64,000 bases of DNA, taken from positions 288,001-352,000 of the forward strand of contig CAWBOC010000009.1 in NCBI GenBank assembly GCA_963790305.1, written 5' to 3'. The position numbers and the translations under genes are program-made. This DNA comes from an uncultured Gemmatimonadaceae bacterium (GTDB taxonomy: Bacteria; Gemmatimonadota; Gemmatimonadetes; Gemmatimonadales; Gemmatimonadaceae). The notes under the pieces were generated by a model, which worked only from the letters and a program-made list of their open reading frames with translations, was not told where the DNA came from and did no database searches. The first letter of the stretch is position 1. Every line of letters begins with the position of its first letter. Shown in pieces: positions 1 to 9,396 of the stretch.

Positions 1-359
1 CGTCGCCCAGGGCAAGGGTATGCTCGCGATTCAACCGGTCGCGCAGCGAACCGCCCGGGACGTAAACGCGAGACGTAGTACAACCGACCGTCGGCCTCGC
101 CGGAGTCGATGAGGGGCACGATGTGGGGATGCGACAGACGCGCCGCAATGCGGATCTCGCGCTCGAACCGCTCCGCGCCTAACGCCCTCGTGAGATCGGG
201 ATGGAGCACCTTGATCGCGACCCGACGGGAGTGTTTCTGCTCCTCCGCCAGGTAGACCGTCGCCATTCCGCCATAGCCCAGCGGGCGCTCAATGACGTAG
301 CGGCCGGCCAGTACATGGCCGGGCTCGAAAGCGGCTGGCGACGAGATGGGGGTGGTCAC
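1..359 (-). CDS. Hanks-type Ser/Thr protein kinase, N-terminal part (runs off window; frameshift near 70)
   Basis: Hand translation from GTG 359 gives YVIERPLGYGGMATVYLAEEQKHSRRVAIKVLHP...FEREIRIAARLSHPHIVPLIDSGEADGRLYYV; another frame continues YVPGGSLRDRL. Confidence 0.9.
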   Translation of the reverse strand, partial: MTTPISSPAAFEPGHVLAGRYVIERPLGYGGMATVYLAEEQKHSRRVAIKVLHPDLTRALGAERFEREIRIAARLSHPHIVPLIDSGEADGRLYYVSRLRPGRFAARPVESRAYPCPGR

Positions 360-472
360 GAGGATACAACGCGCGGAAGGGACGGATCGTGCGAGGCTGT
401 TGGAGCCTTATCATCCGCCCCCATCGGCGGCCCCGCAAGGCGGGCGGCCGGGCATTATCGTATCATACAGGA

Positions 473-1657
473 ATGGCACAACTGACCGCTCCGCGCGACT
501 GGGATTCACGCCTCCGCGGACTTCCCGAGCTGAGCAGCGCCGAGCTGCAGCGGTACGGGAGGCACCTCGTCCTGCCCAACGTGGGCCTGGACGGGCAGCG
601 CCGGCTGAAGGCGGGTCGTGTTCTGCTGGTGGGCGCGGGCGGGCTCGGGTCCCCGGTGGCGTTGTACCTGGCAGCCGCCGGCGTCGGCACACTGGGCCTC
701 ATCGACTTCGACGTCGTGGACCTCTCCAACCTCCAGCGGCAGGTGCTCCACGGCACCAGCGACGTCGGCCGCTCCAAGCTGGATTCGGCACGGGACCGCA
801 TTCGGGACGTCAACCCGCACGTCGCGGTGGACACGTACGAGATGCGGCTGACGTCCGCCAATGCGATCGACATCCTGAGCGAGTACGATGTCGTGGTCGA
901 CGGCACCGATAACTTCGCGACCCGCTATCTCACCAACGACGCGTGCGTCCTCCTCGGCAAGCCTAACGTCTACGGATCGATCTTTCGATTCGAGGGTCAG
1001 GCCTCCGTGTTCGCGACCGAGACCGGACCCTGCTATCGGTGCCTGTATCCCGAGCCACCGCCGCCCGGCCTCGTGCCCAGCTGCGTGGAGGGTGGCGTGC
1101 TGGGGGTGTTGCCGGGGATCGTGGGCACGATCCAGGCGACGGAGGCGCTCAAGCTGCTGCTCGGTATCGGCGATCCGCTCGTCGGGCGACTCCTGTTGAT
1201 CGACGCACTGGGCTCGCGCTTCCGCACGGTGCAGCTGGATCGCGACCCTGCCTGTCCCGCCTGCGGCACCCGGGAGATCCGGGAGCTCATCGATTACGAC
1301 GCGTTCTGCGGGGCGGCGGCGCCAGGGAATGCAGGTGTCGCGTCTGACGTAACCCCGATCGAGCTTGCGCGACGTCTGGCGCGCGGCGAGGTGCCTGACA
1401 TCATCGACGTGCGCGAGCCGTACGAGTGGCAGATCGCCCGGATTCCCGGCGCGCGGCTCATCCCGCTGGGCACGCTCAACCAGGCGCTGTCATCGCTTGA
1501 CCCGAGCCGTGACATCCTGGTGTACTGTCACCACGGCATTCGCAGCGCACACGCCGCCGAACAGCTCCGCGCCGCGGGATTCACGCGGGTGTCGAATCTC
1601 GCCGGGGGTATCGAGCGCTGGAGTCAGGACGTAGACCCGAGTGTACCGAGGTATTAG
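473..1657 (+). CDS. moeB: MoeB/ThiF-family adenylyltransferase with C-terminal rhodanese domain (MoeZ-like)
   Basis: RYGRHL, GAGGLG, DFDVVDLSNLQRQ, PCYRC, CPAC and rhodanese CHHGIRS; start taken at ATG 473. Confidence 0.93.
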   Translation: MAQLTAPRDWDSRLRGLPELSSAELQRYGRHLVLPNVGLDGQRRLKAGRVLLVGAGGLGSPVALYLAAAGVGTLGLIDFDVVDLSNLQRQVLHGTSDVGRSKLDSARDRIRDVNPHVAVDTYEMRLTSANAIDILSEYDVVVDGTDNFATRYLTNDACVLLGKPNVYGSIFRFEGQASVFATETGPCYRCLYPEPPPPGLVPSCVEGGVLGVLPGIVGTIQATEALKLLLGIGDPLVGRLLLIDALGSRFRTVQLDRDPACPACGTREIRELIDYDAFCGAAAPGNAGVASDVTPIELARRLARGEVPDIIDVREPYEWQIARIPGARLIPLGTLNQALSSLDPSRDILVYCHHGIRSAHAAEQLRAAGFTRVSNLAGGIERWSQDVDPSVPRY

Positions 1658-1670
1658 GGCGAGCCTTGCT

Positions 1671-1694
1671 CTTTATCATAAAGTGCTTTATCAT
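1671..1694. promoter_or_regulatory. Putative transcription-factor operator
   Basis: AT-rich CTTTATCATAAAGTGCTTTATCAT: direct repeat CTTTATCAT x2 and palindrome ATAAAG-TG-CTTTAT, just upstream of the 1718 ORF. Confidence 0.45.
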
Positions 1695-1717
1695 GCTGCA
1701 GCCCTTACCTCGCCACG

Positions 1718-2023
1718 GTGGGTGACGACATGACGCCATGGACGCTGTTGAAGCACCCGAGCGCATTCCTGCCAGTGGCCATGTCGCTCGGCGCACTGGC
1801 CACGATCGGGATTTTCATCGTCTTGCACGGGACGGCGCCGCAGGTCGATGAAGGGACGGCCGCTCATCTCTGGCAGATCCTGATGGCCGCGCAGGCACCG
1901 ATCGTCTTGTACTTCGCGGTCACATGGGTGACGCGATCACCAAGACAGGCGCTCCCCGTTCTGGCCTTGCAGGTCGTCGCTGCGTTGGCGGCGATGGCGC
2001 CGGTCTTCCTGCTTCACTGGTAG
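1718..2023 (+). CDS. Small three-TM membrane protein, unknown function
   Basis: Three hydrophobic segments around DEGTAAHLWQILM; start may be ATG 1730. Confidence 0.75.
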   Translation: MGDDMTPWTLLKHPSAFLPVAMSLGALATIGIFIVLHGTAPQVDEGTAAHLWQILMAAQAPIVLYFAVTWVTRSPRQALPVLALQVVAALAAMAPVFLLHW

Positions 2024-2042
2024 CCCGCCGGAGCGTTCCGCT

Positions 2043-2645
2043 CTATTCGTCGGGGGATGCGCCCGGCTCCAGCACTCGCGCCTCGACTCCACCCATGAAC
2101 GCGAAGCCAGTCAACCGGACGACCGGCGCGTTTGGATCCCCCGACGCCGGCTGCTTGAGCTGATCCTCGAAGCCGCCCATGAAGGCGAACCCGTCGGACT
2201 CGAGGCGGACGTTAGGCGGAACGGTCACGACGACGCCGCCCATGACCGCGAAGACGTCGATCTCGGTCACGCCCGGATCCAGCGCTGCCTCACGCAGATC
2301 CAGCTCGATCCCGCCCATGAAGGCGACGGCGTGAATGCGATTCGGCACGACCCAGGCACCGCGACGGACGACCCCGCTCATCACGGCGACGAAGTTGCGC
2401 GCACGCGACCGCTTCTCGGCGGGAACGCGCGGGCTCGGGGGCGGGACGATCGTCAGCGCAGGAAGCCCGACGAGCACGGAATCGAGCGCCTCCGGACTGC
2501 GCGCGGCGTACGCCTGCTCGAGCCTCGACTCGAGCTCCTCGAGCGTGAGCTGATCACGGGCGTAGTGAATGCTGAGACGCTCCACGGCGCGCTCTCGCGC
2601 GGCATCGAGACTTGCCGCGGGAACCGGACGGCCGGGGTTGGTCAT
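2043..2645 (-). CDS. DUF1707 (SHOCT-like) plus LiaF/DUF2154-like protein
   Basis: RERAVERLSIHYARDQLTLEELESRLEQAYAA, then repeated AFMGG/AVMGG beta motifs. Confidence 0.85.
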   Translation of the reverse strand: MTNPGRPVPAASLDAARERAVERLSIHYARDQLTLEELESRLEQAYAARSPEALDSVLVGLPALTIVPPPSPRVPAEKRSRARNFVAVMSGVVRRGAWVVPNRIHAVAFMGGIELDLREAALDPGVTEIDVFAVMGGVVVTVPPNVRLESDGFAFMGGFEDQLKQPASGDPNAPVVRLTGFAFMGGVEARVLEPGASPDE

Positions 2646-2655
2646 GCCCGCGGCG

Positions 2656-3525
<870 letters not shown>

Positions 3526-3530
3526 GATCT

Positions 3531-3635
3531 CGAGGTAGTCAAGGTGATCGAGGTAGTCGAGGTGATCGAGGGAACATGCAGTCCGAGGTGTTACCCTCGA
3601 CCACCTGGACTACCTCGATCACCTCGACCACCTCG
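3531..3635. repeat. Palindrome of inverted 9-bp tandem repeats (CGAGGTRRT family)
   Basis: Left arm CGAGGTAGT CAAGGTGAT CGAGGTAGT CGAGGTGAT CGAGGG (3531-3572); complementary right arm 3594-3635. Confidence 0.9.
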
Positions 3636-5105
3636 GCTCAGAACCAGATAAAAGGCAAAGCTCAACCCAAACGTCACAAACCACGCATACGAGTATAGCT
3701 GATCGAACAGATTCGGGTCCGCGACGCGGCCGCCGGGGGTCAGCGCGGCACGAATGAAGCCCGGGACGACGGGAAGAACGGACAGGACAAGGGCCGCGAC
3801 GGCCCGCCAGTTGTAGCCGTTGCGGTAGCTGTACGCGCCCTGCTCCCGGAAGAGATCGCCGACGAGAAGCTTCTGGCGGCGCAGCACCCAGTAGTCCGCG
3901 ATCAGGATCCCGCCAAGAGCACCCATGAGGCTCGAGTAGCCGAGGAGCCAGGTGAAGATGTACGCCGCGGCGTCGGAGTAGAGCTTCCACGGCATCATCA
4001 GGACGCCGATCACCGCCGTGATCAGGCCGCCCCGCACGTAGCTGATGCGCTTCGGGCTCAGGTTCGAGAAGTCGTTCGACGGGGAGACGACATTCGCCGC
4101 CATGTTGGTGGTGATCTGCGCCGCCAGCACGATGAGCGCGGCGAAGATGATGAGCCCTGCCCCGCCGATGCGACTCACCAGCACGACGGGATCCCAGATC
4201 GCCTCACCGAAGATCACGATCGTCGCCGCGGTCACCGCGACACCGATGAACGCGAACAGCGTCATCGTCGTCGGCAGGCCTAACGCCTGGCCGAGCGCCT
4301 GCGATCGCTGGCTCTTGGCGTAGCGGGTGAAATCGGGGATGTTGAGGCTGAGCGTCGCCCAGTAGCCGACGTTCGCCGTCAGTGCGGCGGGAAAGAGCAC
4401 CCAGAATGGCGTCCCGCCAGGTCCCTGCAGTCGTTGCGATTGCGCCAGGACGTTCGTTAGGCCCCCGCCGTTCCGGATGCCCCACCACAACAGCAGGAGT
4501 CCGCCACCGAGCAGAAGGGGGGCCGACCAGCTCTCGAGCACCTTGATGCCTTCCGTCCCCTTGAGAATGATGGCCACCTGGAGCAGCCAGAAAATCGCGA
4601 AGGCGATCCACGTCGCGCCGGGGATCGACGCCCATGTCGGCCAGGCGGCGCGGAAGAGCGCGTCGAGGGCGAGTGCGCCGATCCACGTCTGAATGCCGAA
4701 CCAGCCGCAGGCCACGATTGCGCGGAGAATGGCGGGAATGTTGGCGCCGCGTACCCCGAAGCTGGCTCGACACAGCACCGGAAACGAGATCCCGTAGCGC
4801 GTGCCGGCGTGGGCGTTCAGGATCATCGGGATCAACACGATCGCGTTGCCGAGGAGGATGACGAGCAGGGCCTGCCACCAGTTCATGCCCTGCGACATGA
4901 GGCCGGAGGCGAGCGTGTAGGTCGTGATGACGACGCTCATCCCGATCCAGAGCGCCGCGATGTTGTACGTCGACCAGGTACGCCGCTCGGGCGGCGTCGG
5001 GGCAAGATCGGGATTCCACAGCGGGCTATCGGAGAGGTCCTCGTGCGTGACGACGACGTCCGGCGTGTATGCGTCCGAACGCGCCGGCGCGACGGGAGTG
5101 CTCAC
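3591..5105 (-). CDS. NCS1 nucleobase:cation symporter (uracil/pyrimidine)
   Basis: WIGMSV, ACGWFGIQTW, YWATLSLNIPDFTRYA; about 12 TMs; GTG 5105 overlaps the hydA stop (GTGA). Confidence 0.92.
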   Translation of the reverse strand: MSTPVAPARSDAYTPDVVVTHEDLSDSPLWNPDLAPTPPERRTWSTYNIAALWIGMSVVITTYTLASGLMSQGMNWWQALLVILLGNAIVLIPMILNAHAGTRYGISFPVLCRASFGVRGANIPAILRAIVACGWFGIQTWIGALALDALFRAAWPTWASIPGATWIAFAIFWLLQVAIILKGTEGIKVLESWSAPLLLGGGLLLLWWGIRNGGGLTNVLAQSQRLQGPGGTPFWVLFPAALTANVGYWATLSLNIPDFTRYAKSQRSQALGQALGLPTTMTLFAFIGVAVTAATIVIFGEAIWDPVVLVSRIGGAGLIIFAALIVLAAQITTNMAANVVSPSNDFSNLSPKRISYVRGGLITAVIGVLMMPWKLYSDAAAYIFTWLLGYSSLMGALGGILIADYWVLRRQKLLVGDLFREQGAYSYRNGYNWRAVAALVLSVLPVVPGFIRAALTPGGRVADPNLFDQLYSYAWFVTFGLSFAFYLVLSRGGRGDRGSPGGRG

Positions 5106-6580
5106 GACGCGCCTGCGATCTCGAGCTCCTCGGCGCGCAACGGCGACAGCGGTCCGCGCGACATGCGCATCGCGGGCGGCTCGCTGCCCATCCCCGCCAG
5201 GCCGGCGCTCGTGCGCGACAGCCATTGGCCTCGCCCTTCCCTCCCGACCACCTTGTAGTCGTCGACGATCACGTCCCCACGAGACAGCGTGGTGCGGGCG
5301 AAGCCGGCGAGCTGCCATCCCTCGAAGGGCGACCAGTCGGCGTTCGTCTCCATGCGCGAGGGGGTCACCGTCTCGCGGCGCTGGGGATGAATGATCGCCA
5401 GGTCGGCGTCGGCCCCGACCTGGATCGCACCCTTTCGCGGATACAGCCCCATGACGCGGGCGGGGTTCGTGCTCAGCTTGGCGCTCATCTCCTCGAGCGT
5501 GAGCCGTCCCTCGAGCACGCCGCGAGTGTACGTGAGCGGAAGAAGGGTCTCGAGTCCCGGCATTCCCATGGGGATCTTCGTCCAGTCACCGTTCCACATC
5601 GCCTTCTGCTCACGCGTGAACGTGCACGTGTCGGTCGAGATCACCGACACCTCACCGCTGCGAAGCCCCTTCCAGAGACGTTCGACATCGGCCGGCTTCT
5701 TCAGCTGCGGGCAGCAGGCGAACAAATGCCCGTCGTCGCGATCGAACACCGAGTCGTCGAGCACGAGATATTGTGCGCACGTCTCGGCGATCACCGGCAC
5801 GCCGCGCGCCTGCGCGGCCCGGATGATGTCCGCGCCCTCGGCGGTCGACATGTGCACGATGTAGAGCTGACCCCCAGTCGCTTCGCTCCATTGCACGGCG
5901 CGCTGGATCGCTTCGGCCTCGATGAAGTTCGGCCGTGTCATCCGGTGCAGCCGGGCGCCGTACTTCTTCATCAGCTCGGGGGTGTGATACCGCGAGATCA
6001 GCTCGTCGAGCACGCGCGCCGACTCGGCGTGGACGAGAAGCATCGTCCCATACTCCTTCATCTTCTCCAGCGTGCCGAACATCGCGCGATCGTCCGACTG
6101 CCACCCCTCGGACTCGTAGATCATGAACTCCTTGAAGGTGGTGAACCCGCGGTCCACCATCTCCTTGATCTGGTTCTTGTGGTCGTTCCACCGCGTGACG
6201 CAGATGTGGAAGGTGTAGTCAATGAGCGATTTCCCTTCCGCCTTCTTGTGCCAGTTGTCGGCCGCCTGTCCTAACGATTCTCCAGCATAGGGAATCGCGA
6301 AGTCGATGACGGTGGTCACTCCTCCGCGCGCGCCCGCCCGTGTCCCCGTGCGGTAGTCGTCCGCGGACACGGTACCGCAGAAGGGCAATTCGAGGTGCAC
6401 GTGGACGTCGAGAACGCCTGGAATGACGTGGTGTCCACGTGCATCGATCACCTGCGCGCCCTCGGCCTCGAGCGACGTGCCGAGCGCCGCGATCTTCTCG
6501 CCGGCAATGCCAATGTCCCCGACGAACGTGCCGGCTGGCGTGACGACGTTGCCGCCCTTGATCACTCTATCGAATCTCAT
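5102..6580 (-). CDS. hydA: Dihydropyrimidinase
   Basis: DVHVHLE, GGVTTVIDFA, VHAE, IVHMST, GADADL amidohydrolase motifs. Confidence 0.93.
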   Translation of the reverse strand: MRFDRVIKGGNVVTPAGTFVGDIGIAGEKIAALGTSLEAEGAQVIDARGHHVIPGVLDVHVHLELPFCGTVSADDYRTGTRAGARGGVTTVIDFAIPYAGESLGQAADNWHKKAEGKSLIDYTFHICVTRWNDHKNQIKEMVDRGFTTFKEFMIYESEGWQSDDRAMFGTLEKMKEYGTMLLVHAESARVLDELISRYHTPELMKKYGARLHRMTRPNFIEAEAIQRAVQWSEATGGQLYIVHMSTAEGADIIRAAQARGVPVIAETCAQYLVLDDSVFDRDDGHLFACCPQLKKPADVERLWKGLRSGEVSVISTDTCTFTREQKAMWNGDWTKIPMGMPGLETLLPLTYTRGVLEGRLTLEEMSAKLSTNPARVMGLYPRKGAIQVGADADLAIIHPQRRETVTPSRMETNADWSPFEGWQLAGFARTTLSRGDVIVDDYKVVGREGRGQWLSRTSAGLAGMGSEPPAMRMSRGPLSPLRAEELEIAGAS

Positions 6581-6613
6581 GTGCTGCTCCTGTCTCTGCC
6601 TCCCTGTCTGGGT

Positions 6614-6817
6614 TCATCGCGCAACGAGTGTAAGGAACCGCAGATAGCCGCAGATAGCCGCAAAAACTGCAATGCCCGCGCGGGCCGCATCGTACGCTCC
6701 GAAAGTGTAGCCAGAGAACTTTTGGAACTTCCATGCCGCGTTTTGCTATCACGCGCCCGGAACAATTTTGCGGCCATCTGCGGCCATCTGCGGTTCCTTA
6801 CACTCGTTGCGCGATGA
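6614..6817. repeat. About 204-bp element with ~54-bp inverted arms containing 10-bp tandem repeats (MITE/REP-like)
   Basis: TCATCGCGCAACGAGTGTAAGGAACCGCAGATAGCCGCAGATAGCCGCAAAA ... TTTTGCGGCCATCTGCGGCCATCTGCGGTTCCTTACACTCGTTGCGCGATGA. Confidence 0.9.
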
Positions 6818-6820
6818 CCA

Positions 6821-8197
6821 CTAACCTCGGCCGATCGAGCCAAGAGCCCGATCGAACACATCGAGCGCGAAGTCGACGTCGGCCCGGGTGATGCACATCG
6901 GCGGCTTGATGCGGAGCACGTTCCCCTCCAGGCCGCCCTTCCCGATCAGCACTCCCGCCTCACGAGCGGCCTCGAGCACGTCGAGCGTCTCACCCTTTGC
7001 GGGCTCTTTCGTGGTGCGGTTGCGCACGAGCTCGACGCCCAGCATGAGACCCATGCCGCGCACGTCGCCGATGAGCGTGTGCGAGCGCGTGAGACGCTCG
7101 AGCCCCGCCTTGAGCCGCCCGCCGGCAACGCGCGCGTTCTCCTGGAGGCCATCGGCGTCGATCACGTCCAGCACCGCCAGACCGGCCGCCGTCGACACCG
7201 GATTGCCGGCGTACGTGTTGAAGTGAATGCGCTGAGTGAGGGCCTTCGCGATCTCCATCCGCGTCGTCACCGCCGCGAGGGGTGCGCCATTGCCAATGCC
7301 CTTCGCCATCGTCACGAAGTCCGGCACGACGCCGTAATTCTGGAATCCCCAGTAGTTCTCGCCCGTCCTCCCGAAGCCCGTCTGCACTTCGTCGGCAATG
7401 CAAAGCCCGCCGTGGGCGCGCACAATGCCGTAGGTCTCCGACAGGTAGTTTCGCGCGCCAGCGGTCACACCGCCGACACCCTGAATGGGCTCGCAGATGA
7501 ACGCGGCCACTTTGCCCGGTGTGGAATAGCGAATCAGGTCACGCACGTCTTCCGCGCTCTTCGTCGCGATTTCTTCCGGGGTGCCGCCGAAGGGGCTTCG
7601 ATACGGATCGGGGTTTACCGCGTGATGCACACGGCCGTCCCCACCGGTCGGGTATTTCCAGGTGTGGTGCGAGGTGAGCCCCATCGCGGTCGGGCTGCCG
7701 CCATGGTAGGCGTTGCGCAGCGCGATCACATCGGTGTTGCCGGTGGCGAGGCGCGCCATCTGGATGGCGAGATCGTTCGCTTCGCTCCCGCTGTTCGTGA
7801 AATACGTGACGTCCAGGCCCGGCGGCATCTTCGACGCCAGCTTCTTCGCCAGCTGAGCGACGTTGGGATGCAGGTAGATCGTCGTCCCGTGCGGGAGCGT
7901 CGCCAGCTGTTCCTGCATGCGCTTCACGATCGTGGGATGCGCGTGACCGCATGACACCGTCGCGATCCCGGCGAACAGATCGAGATACCGGCGGCCCGTC
8001 TCATCCCACACGTACTGCATGTGCCCTTCGACGATCATCAGCGGATCGCGATAGATCGTGAAAATCGCAGGGTTCATGTACTGCCGGCGCATCGCGAGCA
8101 CTTCTTCGCGGGGCGGACCGCTGTACGGGCGCGGCTGGTGCTCGGTGGGCGGCATCTCGAGTCGTGGAGCCGCCGTCTGCGGCGCGATCGTCGTCAT
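6821..8197 (-). CDS. Class III PLP aminotransferase (AGXT2/PYD4-like, likely beta-alanine transaminase)
   Basis: FTNSGSEAND, DEVQTGFGRTG, MAKGIGNG; ATG 8197 overlaps the preA stop. Confidence 0.9.
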   Translation of the reverse strand: MTTIAPQTAAPRLEMPPTEHQPRPYSGPPREEVLAMRRQYMNPAIFTIYRDPLMIVEGHMQYVWDETGRRYLDLFAGIATVSCGHAHPTIVKRMQEQLATLPHGTTIYLHPNVAQLAKKLASKMPPGLDVTYFTNSGSEANDLAIQMARLATGNTDVIALRNAYHGGSPTAMGLTSHHTWKYPTGGDGRVHHAVNPDPYRSPFGGTPEEIATKSAEDVRDLIRYSTPGKVAAFICEPIQGVGGVTAGARNYLSETYGIVRAHGGLCIADEVQTGFGRTGENYWGFQNYGVVPDFVTMAKGIGNGAPLAAVTTRMEIAKALTQRIHFNTYAGNPVSTAAGLAVLDVIDADGLQENARVAGGRLKAGLERLTRSHTLIGDVRGMGLMLGVELVRNRTTKEPAKGETLDVLEAAREAGVLIGKGGLEGNVLRIKPPMCITRADVDFALDVFDRALGSIGRG

Positions 8198-9330
8198 CGC
8201 ACGCTCGCCGCGCTTGGATCGGGCGACGCGTAGCCTTCGACCGGCTCGTATCCGCCCTGATACGTCGACGCGTCGGGACGGCGAATCTGCGATTGCAGCA
8301 CGACGCGGTCGCGGCGGATGCCGCGGAAGTCCTCGATGGACGTCCAGCCCTTGTCGGCGTGCTTCTCGAGGAACGCGTCGAGACCGGCGTTCAGGCGCTT
8401 GATGACGCTCGGGCCCACGGCCTGATCGAGCATGGCGGCGGTGCACACCTGCACGGTGCCAGCGCCGAGGAGAAAATACGACAGCGCCTGCGCAAAGTCG
8501 GAGATCCCCCCGATGCCAGAGAATGCGCCCTTGGGGAATGCCTGCGTCATGCGCGCCATGTTCGCCAGCGACATTGGGAGGATGGCCGGTCCGCCCAGTC
8601 CGCCGCTCGAGACGAGGCCGTCGACGTTCATCTCGAACTCGAGCGTCTCGGGATCGATGACCGGCAATGACGGGAACGTGTTCGACGACACGATCGCGTC
8701 GGCGCCACCCCGGAAGCACGCCGCCGCCTCGACGACAATGTCGTGGGTGGCCGGCGTCAACTTGGTCCACACCGGCACCTTGGCGACCTCCTTCACCGCC
8801 TCGGTGACCACCGAGCACAGCCCTTCATCCTTGCCAATGTTGGACCCCATGTCCTTCCGGTCCATGTGGGGACAGGAAAAGTTGAGCTCGAGGCCGTCAG
8901 CGCCGTTGTCCTGCGACGCCTGCGCCAGCGTCTGCCAGTTCCGAAGCTCCTTGTCGCTCCCCGAGCCGGCCATGATCGACGCGATGAGCACGCGATCGGG
9001 AAACTCCGACTTGATGCGGCGAATGCGCGGCACCCACCAGTCGAGCGCCTTGTCGGAGATGAGCTCCCAGTTCCACGATGAGTGCAGCGCCGCGCCGGGG
9101 CGTTTCTTCATCGAGACGTAGGCGTCGTCAGGCGACGTGCGCATGAACTTCGCCTTCGCGCCGACGACGTTGACGACGGGGTGCAGCCCGATCGTCTTGG
9201 TGACGACCCCACCCCACCCCGCCTCGAAGGCGCGCAGGATGTTGTTCTCCGACTCCGTGGGGGGCGCGGAGGAGAGCAGGAAGGGATTCTCGAACCGAAT
9301 CCCGGTGAAGGTCACCGATCGTGTGGCCAT
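8194..9330 (-). CDS. preA: Dihydropyrimidine dehydrogenase FMN subunit, without the C-terminal ferredoxin domain
   Basis: NPFLLSSAPPT, GWGGVVTKT, NWELIS, ELNFSCPH, KLTP, GIGGI, VQVCT. Confidence 0.88.
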   Translation of the reverse strand: MATRSVTFTGIRFENPFLLSSAPPTESENNILRAFEAGWGGVVTKTIGLHPVVNVVGAKAKFMRTSPDDAYVSMKKRPGAALHSSWNWELISDKALDWWVPRIRRIKSEFPDRVLIASIMAGSGSDKELRNWQTLAQASQDNGADGLELNFSCPHMDRKDMGSNIGKDEGLCSVVTEAVKEVAKVPVWTKLTPATHDIVVEAAACFRGGADAIVSSNTFPSLPVIDPETLEFEMNVDGLVSSGGLGGPAILPMSLANMARMTQAFPKGAFSGIGGISDFAQALSYFLLGAGTVQVCTAAMLDQAVGPSVIKRLNAGLDAFLEKHADKGWTSIEDFRGIRRDRVVLQSQIRRPDASTYQGGYEPVEGYASPDPSAASVR

Positions 9331-9340
9331 AACGACTCCC

Positions 9341-9396
9341 CGGAAGGATTCAGAATGAGGGCGGTTCAGCTTCCGATTTCCGCATTCCGCATTCGC
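9341..9396. repeat. Heptamer (TTCCGCA) tandem array with a degenerate opposite arm
   Basis: TTCCGAT TTCCGCA TTCCGCA TTCG between the mmsA stop and preA start; same unit as 63249-63342. Confidence 0.65.

Noticed and set aside
4278..4462. GCCTAAC...GTTAGGC pair resembling integron attC core sites (RYYYAAC/GTTRRRY)
   Set aside because: It lies inside the NCS1 CDS with no attC-like inner stem, no intI and no cassette organisation; better explained by the dispersed octamer.
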